A DNA stretch of 32,000 nucleotides, from contig NC_010085.1 of assembly GCF_000018465.1 (NCBI RefSeq), positions 930,001 to 962,000 on the forward strand, given 5' to 3'. The stretch is from Nitrosopumilus maritimus SCM1. GTDB taxonomy: Archaea; Thermoproteota; Nitrososphaeria; Nitrososphaerales; Nitrosopumilaceae. How positions within the stretch are numbered: position 1 is the stretch's first letter; every line of letters starts with the position of its first letter. Positions 27,901-32,000 of the stretch are shown piece by piece. The notes under the pieces are model-generated. The model ran no database searches. It was not told where the DNA came from and saw nothing but the letters and a program-made list of their open reading frames with translations. The position numbers and the translations under genes were made by a program.

Positions 27901-30900
27901 TGATACTTGTCTGTCACCAAATTCTGCTCCAACTTGTAGAGGTTTGCTTGGAGTGGTTGCAGGCTTTGCTTGTAAGACATTAGAGGCTTCACTTTCACCA
28001 ACAGAGTTTTCAGCAATAACTCTGAATTCATAGGTCTGTCCATTAGTCAAACCAGAATCTACATTAATTTCAGTTGGGGATAATGAAATTTCGTCATCAA
28101 AGGTAGTCCAATCACTAGCACCTAGTAATCTGAATTGAGCAATGTAATTTTCTAGTGGAGTTCCACCATTATCAGATGGAGCAGTCCATTGTAAGGTTAC
28201 AAGTTCGTTTCCACGTATTGCAGCATCAAGTACAGGTGCAGATGGATAGTCAAATGTTGTAGCATCATCTGTGTCTGATGGGTCACCAGTTCCAAGTACG
28301 TTAACTGCAGATACTCTGTATGTGTATGTGGTTCCAAGAGATAGTCCGGTGTCAGTAAATGTAGTGTCACTAGCAGTTGGTGATTCAGGTACAGGTATGG
28401 TTGTTGTAGTTACTTCTGCAAATGCACCATCAGTACCTAGTCTCTCAATGAGATAACCAGATACTGCACGTCCGCCATCATCAGATGGAGCTTGCCAGAC
28501 TAGTTGGATTTCAGTACCAGAAAGGGTTGTTGCGACTAGATCAGTTGGAATGCCAGGTACGGTTCCAGGAGTTCCAGTTACTGGGTCAGATGGGTCACTT
28601 GAATCTGGAATTTGTGGATCATCATCTTCATTATGAGCAATGACTCTAAATTGGTAATCTACACCGTTTTCTAGACTAGATACTGTTGCATCTGTTGGCA
28701 AGACACCGGAAACAGGAACAATTTCTTGTGTAGAGATAGTGGTAAAGTTGTCATCAGAATATTGTACTGTGTATCCTACAATGTCATCGCCACCATTATC
28801 TGCTGGTGCCAACCATGAAATTGAGACAAACTCATCACCAATGTTGGTTACTCTAAGGTCTCTAGGCACACTAGGTGCAGAGGAAGGTTCTGCAGAAAGA
28901 ACATTAGATGGAAGACTTTGTCCTGGAACAGTGTTCTTGGCAAATACTCTAAACTCGTAAGTTACACCATTTGTTAGATCATCAATAGTAATGCTGGTCA
29001 AAACGTTAACACCGCCATTACCTTCATCAAAGGTTGTCCAGTTAGATTCTGCATCATTGGTTGCATCTAATTCTCTGAATTGAATCAGATAATCGATTAA
29101 TGCATCACCGCCAGTATTTTCAGATGGAGTCCATCCAAGTAGTACAGATTCATCTCCTGGTGTTGCAGTGTCAAGTGTTGGGGCAGCAGGTACAGTTGCA
29201 GGAGTTGCAGTTGCAATATCAGATAATGCACCTTCACCTGCAGCATTAACTGCCTTTACTCTAAATGAGTACAATGTGCCATTGTCTAATCCAGAAATAA
29301 CAGTAGTTATTGGATCATCAGATGGTGTAACAGTTTGGGATTCTGGATCAGTAGCAAAGCTGTCAGAGGAATACTCTACTACATATGAAGTGATTAGTGA
29401 GCCGCCGTTAAAGTCTGGTTTGTTCCATTGTAGTGTAACTTCGCCATTACCGCGAGTTGCTTCCAAGTCAGTTGGAGCGTTTGGTGTTGTAAATGGAACA
29501 GCATCAAGTGTGTTTGAGAATGGTCCAAATGATGCAATGCTGTTTGCTCTAACCTTGAATGAATATGTACGGGCATTTTCAAGATCTTCTACTGGATAAG
29601 ATATTGGTCCGGTTTCTTGTGTTGCAACGACAATAATATTGTCAATGTCATTTTCGAATCCATCAATAGAGTAATGTAGTTCATACTCTGTAACTGGTGC
29701 ACCATTTGTAGCTGCAAGATTCCATGTTACTGTGACTGTTTCATCACTGCCAACAGCAGTTAGTATCTCTGGGGCAGCAGGAGGTGCAGCAGGTGTTGCT
29801 TCTTTAACTTCTGATGGGTCACTGTTACCAACATCATTGTGAGCCTTTACTCTAAACTCGTAAATTTGTCCGTTTGTAAGACCGGTTACTGTAGCTCCAG
29901 GAACATCACTTACTCCATCATTAAATACTTGCCAATCAGATTCACTCTTTAGTTTGAATTCTACAATGTAATCATCAATGTCAGAACCGCCATCATCAGA
30001 GGATGCAGTCCATCCAAGGGATACTTGAGTACTACCAAATGTTGGAATTAAGTTAGTTGGTGGGGTTGGAACAGTTGCAGGAGTTACAGATATTGTAGTA
30101 GATACAGGTCCATCATCAATATCGTTTTGTGCATATACTCTAAATTCATAGGTCACACCATTCTCCAAGTTACCAATTACGGCGTTAGTTACTGGTGGAA
30201 GTCCAGTTACTGTTTGAGTAAGAGTATTTGCAAATCCATCTTTAGAGTATTCAATTACATAAGTATCAATGGTTACACCACCATCAAATGGTTCAGACCA
30301 AGATAGTGAGACTTCACCATTACCTCGTTGTCCACTAAGACCAGTAACTTGACTTGGGCCATCAACTGGTGTTGCAGTTATTGGTGCAGATGGGTCACCA
30401 AATCCAACTTCGTTTTCAGCAGATATTCTAAATTGATATTCTACACCGTTTTCCAAGTCTTCAATGTCAACTACAGTTGTTGGGTGAGTGACAAACTCTG
30501 ATTGGTATTGACCTTCTACAAATGAATTAGCAGAAGTATAATCAATTCTGTATCGCTCTATTGGTTCACCGCCAGTATTACCTGGAGTCCATGATAATCC
30601 AACAGTACCAGCAGAAGGTTGTGGGTCATCAAATGTTGGGGCATCTGGAACAGTAGCTGGTTTTGCAGTATCAGTGTTTGATGGGCCACTAGGTCCGGCA
30701 GTGTTTACAGCAATAACACGGAATGTGTAGGTTACGCCATTTTGAAGACCGTTAATTATAGTATTAGTTGGTACAGGTAATGTTTCACTTGTTACGGTTT
30801 GTGATGATGGGTTTGCACCAAAGTCACCATTTGCATCATCAGTGTATTCAACAATGTATGATGTAACTGGAACACCGCCAGTAACAGCTGGTGCGGCCCA

Positions 30901-32000
30901 TGTTAAGGATACTTGAGTATTACCACGAGTTGCAACTAGATCAGTAGGATTACCAGATAATGCAGCAGGTGTTTCTGCCACTGGAACTGATTCATCACCA
31001 GGACCCACTCCGTTTACTGCAACTGCACGGAAGAGGTATTCTTGCCCATTGTTAAGACCAGTAACGGTAATCTCAGGAGTAGTTGATTCGGTTTGATCAT
31101 TAAACTCAAACCAGTTATCTCCGTTGTCAACACTGTATTCAATATAATAGTCAATAATGTCAGAACCACCATCCTCTACTGGAGGAGTAAATCCAATTGT
31201 AACTTGTCCATCTCCAAGTGTTGCAACTAGATCAGTTGGAGCATCAGGTGCTCTAGCTGGAGTTGCAGAGTCAACATCAGATGGTTCACCAAAGTCTACG
31301 CTGTTAGTAGCAGTTACTCTAAAGTAGTAAGTGTCACCATTGTTCAAGTTATTAATTGTTGCAGATAATGGAGATGCTGCAACATCAACAGATGATGTGA
31401 AGACACCATTGTTTGCATCAGTTTCATTAGTAGTGTATTCAATTCTATAACCAGTGATTGGAGTACCACCATTTGTTGGCTCAGACCATTCAACTTCCAC
31501 TTGAGCATTACCAGGAGTTAAGCTGATAATTTCTGTCTTGCCAGGTACATCAAATGTTGTGGCTTCTGCAGTAGAGGATGTGTCTCCTACTCCTGCATCA
31601 GTAATAGCAGCAACTCTGTAAGTGTATGATGTTCCTCTATCCAAGCCAGTGTCAGAGTATGTAGTATCAGCGCTTCCGGTGTCTGCCACAATTATTGTAA
31701 AGTCAGCCTCGCCTTCTGCTTGTCTTTCAATTTGGTATCCATCAATTGAAGCACCGCCTGTAAGTAATGGTGCATTCCATTCAAGATCAATTTCAGTGTC
31801 AGATATTGCTTCAGCATCTAGTCCAGTTGGGGCATCAGATAATGTTGCAGGTCTAGCAGTTGCTACATTAGATGTAGGACCAACATCTACTGCGTTTTCA
31901 GCAGAGACTCTAAACTCGTAAGTTAATCCGTTTGTAAGACCAGTTACAGTTACAAAGAGATTAGTGTTAACACCACCAACACCTTCATCAAATACTTGCC
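15910..32000 (-). CDS. Giant FN3-repeat surface/adhesin-like protein, 5'-partial (at least 5362 codons in window)
   Basis: A single frame runs from the stop at 15910-15912 upward. The GTG at 31689 listed by the track is internal: I translated 31690-31998 by hand and found no stop, and the FN3 sequence continues (…TGLTNGLTYEFRVSAENAVDVGP… ISDTEIDLEWNAPLLTGGASIDGYQIER…). The composition is very Thr/Ser/Asp/Gly/Val-rich and nearly Cys-free. Confidence 0.95.
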   Translation of the reverse strand, partial: QVFDEGVGGVNTNLFVTVTGLTNGLTYEFRVSAENAVDVGPTSNVATARPATLSDAPTGLDAEAISDTEIDLEWNAPLLTGGASIDGYQIERQAEGEADFTIIVADTGSADTTYSDTGLDRGTSYTYRVAAITDAGVGDTSSTAEATTFDVPGKTEIISLTPGNAQVEVEWSEPTNGGTPITGYRIEYTTNETDANNGVFTSSVDVAASPLSATINNLNNGDTYYFRVTATNSVDFGEPSDVDSATPARAPDAPTDLVATLGDGQVTIGFTPPVEDGGSDIIDYYIEYSVDNGDNWFEFNDQTESTTPEITVTGLNNGQEYLFRAVAVNGVGPGDESVPVAETPAALSGNPTDLVATRGNTQVSLTWAAPAVTGGVPVTSYIVEYTDDANGDFGANPSSQTVTSETLPVPTNTIINGLQNGVTYTFRVIAVNTAGPSGPSNTDTAKPATVPDAPTFDDPQPSAGTVGLSWTPGNTGGEPIERYRIDYTSANSFVEGQYQSEFVTHPTTVVDIEDLENGVEYQFRISAENEVGFGDPSAPITATPVDGPSQVTGLSGQRGNGEVSLSWSEPFDGGVTIDTYVIEYSKDGFANTLTQTVTGLPPVTNAVIGNLENGVTYEFRVYAQNDIDDGPVSTTISVTPATVPTPPTNLIPTFGSTQVSLGWTASSDDGGSDIDDYIVEFKLKSESDWQVFNDGVSDVPGATVTGLTNGQIYEFRVKAHNDVGNSDPSEVKEATPAAPPAAPEILTAVGSDETVTVTWNLAATNGAPVTEYELHYSIDGFENDIDNIIVVATQETGPISYPVEDLENARTYSFKVRANSIASFGPFSNTLDAVPFTTPNAPTDLEATRGNGEVTLQWNKPDFNGGSLITSYVVEYSSDSFATDPESQTVTPSDDPITTVISGLDNGTLYSFRVKAVNAAGEGALSDIATATPATVPAAPTLDTATPGDESVLLGWTPSENTGGDALIDYLIQFRELDATNDAESNWTTFDEGNGGVNVLTSITIDDLTNGVTYEFRVFAKNTVPGQSLPSNVLSAEPSSAPSVPRDLRVTNIGDEFVSISWLAPADNGGDDIVGYTVQYSDDNFTTISTQEIVPVSGVLPTDATVSSLENGVDYQFRVIAHNEDDDPQIPDSSDPSDPVTGTPGTVPGIPTDLVATTLSGTEIQLVWQAPSDDGGRAVSGYLIERLGTDGAFAEVTTTTIPVPESPTASDTTFTDTGLSLGTTYTYRVSAVNVLGTGDPSDTDDATTFDYPSAPVLDAAIRGNELVTLQWTAPSDNGGTPLENYIAQFRLLGASDWTTFDDEISLSPTEINVDSGLTNGQTYEFRVIAENSVGESEASNVLQAKPATTPSKPLQVGAEFGDRQVSLTWLEPEISGGEDIFDYILEFRLASQTPEASWQTFDEGLGGVNTNLSAIITGLTNGQTYEFRVSAENDVGVGDVSDVATATPATASNAPTALSATAISGTEITLSWIAPQNTGGFAITGYLIERHDGDGNFDDVTTLSVSLPPLPTDTTFTDTGLSQGTTYTYRVSAVTQLGPGIASGTDSDTTFDVPDKPEITSADRGNTQVDLSWTEPANNGAAITAYLVQYSDDGTFDNTTPSVTLATADLTELSTTIDGLENGEEYSFRIIAINSVGQSDPSDIVTATPATFPDAPTITSATFGDGQVTLTWTGPTEDGGSDVLDYTITITSSLGTDTLVVPNTPFTRLIDGLDNGVSYTFTISARNDVGSGPDSAPETVIPAAKPDVPTDLEAEAISGTEIDLTWLAPVNTGGLGITGYLIERHDGDGNFATVTTTSVSVPPSTDDTTFNDTGLELGTTYTYRISAITGAGTGSSSQPASDTTFNVPDKPTITEVNVGNNELEIVWTAPTDNGGSPVTSYTVEYKLTTDNTWQLSPVPPADGALDVTVIGLENGEEYEFRVYAISTVGTSLPSDVATGIPATTPSAPLNVVATRGDTEVSLTWDLPADDGGSAIRDYLVEYASAELNLIYTPFVEPEESTDRFTTVTGLTNGVEYTFRVQAVNEIAAGDYSAVTADSAAVPAGDPSTPVISTVIADDELVNLTWLASDANGGNNLVYRIETSTDGFTTLIEDPAPTTSNLVYNVDDLQNGQEYSFRITAITDAGSSDPTAPVTATPFALPDAPVLDGSRGNTEVTLTWTQGDTGGFAIQEFVIEYTADEFTSDTPIVRTNDDDDDDDDDDDDDGNGNSSVTSITVSADAVSHTIEGLANGVAYDFRIFAKTSIGYSASSNVVTFTPATIPGAPTPLSAQFGNALVTLTFSIPSDNGGESVDDFVIQYRLQSASEDTPFTTFADGSDTSTTVTVTDLTNGEVYDFRVIAVNEVGQSDPATASAKPATTPGAPDALQLDFANQLVSLEWAVPTDDGGDEIDDYIVEYSLDTSEWIVFPDNVTPANSTAVTVTDLINGFQYFFRISGVNIAGIGEPSEFRATTPATLPSAPRDLEATRDNTSVHLTWNVPEDLGGAPLSAYMVEYLPPGQSTWIKFGDDLPATQTSVTVDGLTNGDQYQFRITAKNTAITDFGPASDTVSATPATTPTAPRDLVVIAGNNQATLSWNVPESNGGDSITDYKIEIRIAGQDWDVYDDGVSTTTQGIVIPNLTNGVTYEFRVTAINSVNPGPASDVVPGKPATIPTPPKKLVVIPGDTKLDVTWTKPTNNGGSAITSYLVQYSTDGTFDASTPSVTVTDLTNLMVTISGLENDVPIHVQVTAINGVGSSGPAGPVIGVPSLGSSSPVGLFADAISDTEVFVSWSPPQELGDRTLEGFVLERLDANGNVLETFTINDPTKLDFTDTGLLPGTTYKYQVSALLSLEGADTVQSDPSSRTSVTTLDAPGAPLSPSATPGNAHVDLSWSAPNDGGSLITEYRIQYSTDGTFDETTPEISVFGTSTEPPQTSVDVTGLTNDQEYTFRVIAVTVIDTSLPSVTVTATPYTVPDAPSNLTANRGPGEAKLSWGVPNDNGRSITQYVVEYTDATDGIFTVANTLTATVSASETSTTITGLGIGNSFTFRVSAENLAGQGPPSDSAIATPATAPDAPTGLSATRGDPDVLAIWFNPPSDGGSPISHYVLEYTTSPFFVPPEIADFTSKTNVITESTSVELDDLENGLYYYFRVRAITTVGSSIPTDPVCLVNGGGSNSAANAGGACIPMFDRPVFQDTIIGTPFDAAAELRWNTPAADNGSPITGYQVQRQVVSGTSVVLEQFNQNQIIYGFDDLTMDDIDGLEDIDFDEFDFVDFDELGLTEEEINKLQGITSLVITGLENDKKYVFEIAPVNEAGPARSTNTVVVVPHAETDEEEDSIFVENPDIPDEETIQKQLGLGLQEGNFIPPSSSLVDADKFSFFDRTFNQNQVFNTNVTDAELDKPKDLAEKFGLTKYQVPKELKSGQIWAVPGAIIEVEGDETFEEIVLPDPPGTPTNLSYIGSDRRVDITWDESTGTVDRYLLEFSLNDGEEWLIVEEKDDNVPSFSKDGMVNGKVYLIRVSAANAGGISNSTSPIPVSAFTIPGKPFDLTTQFGDSQVTLLWSAPVNNGGEEITNYVIEYSSDNGANWNVFDDGTSADPTATVTGLTNGQEYKFRVSAENIAGVGLPSKTASDVPATQSSRPTGLSATPALDSITITWNAPEDIGGATEISGYVIERSISSGFFNPYVDDTGSALTSFVDTSLFSGTDYSYRIAAITLLPSGEPVVGDFSGEVSTTTLDLPDEPTSLQVFADRGQLTLTWIDPEDTSGLPVLGYEIERRSTGAEFTTIVENTDSDETIYTDSGLNDNTSYSYRVSTITAAGTSDPSQIVRGTTYGLPSAPLDLEADAKKKKVRLSWTAPVNDGGSPITDYKIEYKLATDTNWSVYADAERIKPQATVDSLTNSKIYQFRVSAVNEFGAGLTSSIVQAKPSVAGATAAYNIQEIPSGQDVFLPHNAEDTLENGGKLAGLKIKPKNTLSEIAMTSTFTKDAPTGVTQEAKMYLKFELDFVEDVETDASVPGQVTSVVATASAGKVELTWSAPDSDGGADISGYKIEQSTDNNTWTVLETTTCQCTDYTDNSLENGQTYYYRISAINAKGTGTASDVASATPLDVPGPPRNLQTTPGNAQVTLAWDIPSTDGGITADNGGSIITGYVVHYAIDTNFWKTFNEEPITERTVDVTGLTNGQNYKFRVFAVNEVGFLHPSLVSSEIPVTVPERPWGLTITAPSQNQINLSWKTPLDNGGSTITGYKIQKTIGKPTTNSVWSDAPSGTLGTVNSWSDTNLIPGTTYSYRVITLTDAVPDGDSNSASGAIFATTLSVPGAPRNLTLEAEGKKIVIDWVAPTSNGGTPIVNYLIQWSDNGGSKWNTLKRDASAVTSATVKSSNIVLGTEYQIRVYAENTIGPGPASSVKSVTPTTIPTAPRSLVTDPQDGQVVLSWSKPLSDGGSAITDYLVRYSEAGSGQFVTFADGVSTSTTATVTGLTNDVTYEFRVVAVNSVGNSPASTGKSVAVGEGNSSEEIHSFETIQLTILMGPVEGSAHPTIPENSATAATADPTDDIIAPDVQVYFIDDNNNTVFDGITVDRYPAGDTLTESAYIVTLEHFSTYGVNTVLSKFAVGSAGLATAGAAGGNAAAPPIITGASLYSFGSPSIDNEGKIVYQKTGNYVPFPEYSNSPVTTTLEAGKPSQIAARVFNYGGPEAVQHTGLYLNMFGEQYETEHSDTYIEWSKDHDGKEDVLVVDPHGLMSGVNVSTQIEDDLLWVLFDLTFEKELETSNININAWNNHRSIGEVVAYNALEVIDPAETTLDEEIKTSVVSDSSFYLVESTAQDCDEYCYLPFRVGISDNEITWTNTDPAVRTIISGDPVGGFDDNFKSVFIFEGSSYSAIIEDSGYYTTYDLLEEDYAGTVLVEVSGDPIVDARVYERPTMPTHHTARQIVSANSDGLLGADLSTNGFIKLFGTVEGVDTRQAVLIDITKPDGSIENIKTSSNNAGDFTMIYESGQLDDGNYVISFGTSSKSVATAFLRADAGKIIPTFTAQETVVESAETFARTLDPELILTNTDLSEYDDTLHIDGTVNSGYSSVKVSVEFPDETVQEFNVKLSSKGTYSLPLKQSEWPFGKYTVSVSDERTNFATETFELIDKEDVITFDGEPAKKVEEKYLIADVTTQVIELDSDYLETINEFTDESELGSLTVTRPDITKSSSMLEISGTVNLPGIQGELIELKLTLPNGDVDELRTTVTSTNQFQTILNDAWIPGEYHLEASFEGTEVVDLVFAIGLHSSESLISALDCPTDVCASISSDTIDDSKSAPIMIEVKGIFENIDSDETFDVVIIRPDNTPVELTTTLAGMDHLTQVFHAEEWMKGIYTVTVSYDDKQISATSFRK
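15913..17215 (-). repeat. Four divergent C-terminal beta-sandwich-like repeats (about 70-75 aa cores)
   Basis: Cores lie at roughly 16995-17215, 16650-16862, 16236-16456 and 15913-16134. The shared pattern is (I/L).(I/L/F).G.V ... (V/L).(I/V/L) ... P(D/N)(G/E/T) ... G.(Y/F) ... (W/L)..G.Y.(V/L/I).(V/A)S. Examples are IKLFGTVEG..DITKPDGS..GNYVISF and LEISGTVNL..LTLPNGDV..GEYHLEASF. Confidence 0.5.
17335..17580 (-). other. Cupredoxin (plastocyanin)-like domain with all type-1 copper ligand positions substituted
   Basis: CDEYCYLPFRVGISDNEITWTNTDPAVRTIISGDP..FKSVFIFEGSSYSAIIEDSGYYTTYDLLEEDYAGTVLVEV follows the blue-copper template (..V.W.N.D...HTV.SG......F.S..l..G.sf...f...G.Y.Y.C..H..M.G.v.V). 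Arg replaces the first His, and no Cys/His/Met is present at the C-terminal ligand loop. Confidence 0.4.
25390..25425 (-). repeat. Perfect 12-nt x 3 tandem repeat (plus strand gtcatcatcgtc) inside a 13-codon poly-Asp run
   Basis: Checked base by base: 25390-25401, 25402-25413 and 25414-25425 are identical. With the preceding atc codon (25387-25389) they encode D13 in ...VRTNDDDDDDDDDDDDDGNGNSS.... Confidence 0.95.
27398..27463 (-). repeat. Intragenic dispersed repeat copy A (66 nt, 63/66 identical to 28304-28369)
   Basis: Aligned by eye: a 32-nt identical block, then 5 nt with 3 mismatches (ttggg versus aagag), then a 29-nt identical block. Encodes TFTDTGLS(Q/L)GTTYTYRVSAV. Confidence 0.9.
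28304..28369 (-). repeat. Intragenic dispersed repeat copy B (66 nt, pairs with 27398-27463)
   Basis: See copy A. The two copies are in direct orientation, 906 nt apart (three FN3 units), and in frame. Confidence 0.9.

Larger units (their letters stand above)
18540..32000 (-). repeat. Tandem array of about 42 complete FN3 domains plus one partial at the window edge
   Basis: Manual parse of units of roughly 90-120 aa. Each unit has P.AP..L ... (V/L).(L/V).W..P...GG..I..Y.(I/V)(E/Q)Y ... (V/I)..L.NG..Y.FR(V/I).A.N..G.G..S, ending in a TPA/TTF linker. Two non-FN3 spacers interrupt the array. Confidence 0.85.

Noticed and set aside
31687-31689. GTG listed by the ORF track as the start of the giant ORF.
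   Set aside because: Hand translation of 31690-31998 in the same frame has no stop and continues with FN3 sequence. The GTG is an internal Val codon, and the real start lies beyond nt 32000.
16037-31921. About thirty plus-strand ORFs of 61-143 aa (for example 19859-20290, 21908-22321, 29168-29599, 31622-31921) inside the giant gene.
   Set aside because: All are antisense to one continuous, domain-structured frame of 5362 codons. Their translations are low-complexity Ser/Thr/Val/Ala/Pro strings that simply mirror the FN3 periodicity. Stop-poor antisense frames are expected from the biased codon content.
15910-32000. Apparently higher GC content of the giant gene as evidence for horizontal transfer.
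   Set aside because: Spot counts of single 60-nt lines gave 26/60 G+C at 24001-24060, against 21/60 at 9001-9060 and 22/60 at 4201-4260. The shift is explained by the Gly/Ala/Pro/Thr/Val-rich protein composition. Codon third positions still look A/T-biased. There is no flanking integrase, tRNA or direct repeat on the visible side.
18540-32000. Regular repeat periodicity that could be mistaken for a CRISPR array or satellite.
   Set aside because: The period is about 290 nt. The units are diverged and in frame, with conserved protein motifs. There are no short identical repeats separated by unique spacers.

Overview
AT-rich archaeal chromosomal window. Gene content and protein style suggest a marine ammonia-oxidising thaumarchaeon (Nitrosopumilales-like); this is inference, because no database search was possible and all calls rest on motifs read from the translations. 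Nt 1-15.7 kb is densely packed. It holds a tldD / family-4 UDG / MPG glycosylase unit and a DedA-like membrane protein. Next comes a run of small hypothetical genes that includes a class III nucleotidyl-cyclase-like protein. These are followed by an isolated OppD/DppD-type ABC ATPase, a NusA-like protein coupled to aspS, and several small Cys-rich zinc-ribbon ORFs, two of them below the ORF-track cutoff. The segment ends with a minus-strand ilvB-ilvH-leuA-leuB operon. Nt 15.9-32 kb is one giant minus-strand ORF that stays open to the window edge (at least 5362 codons; its true start is outside the window). By manual parsing it has about 42 tandem fibronectin type III (FN3) domains, two non-FN3 spacers, a poly-Asp microsatellite, an acidic loop insertion, a cupredoxin-like domain lacking all copper ligands, and four C-terminal beta-sandwich repeats, with no C-terminal anchor. 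The most checkable new idea is in the 179-nt gap upstream of ilvB. It contains a consensus TATA box, a 17-codon Ile/Leu/Val-rich mini-ORF, two stem-loops and an oligo-T tract, which together resemble a leader-peptide attenuator. I saw no rRNA, tRNA, CRISPR array, transposase or integrase.
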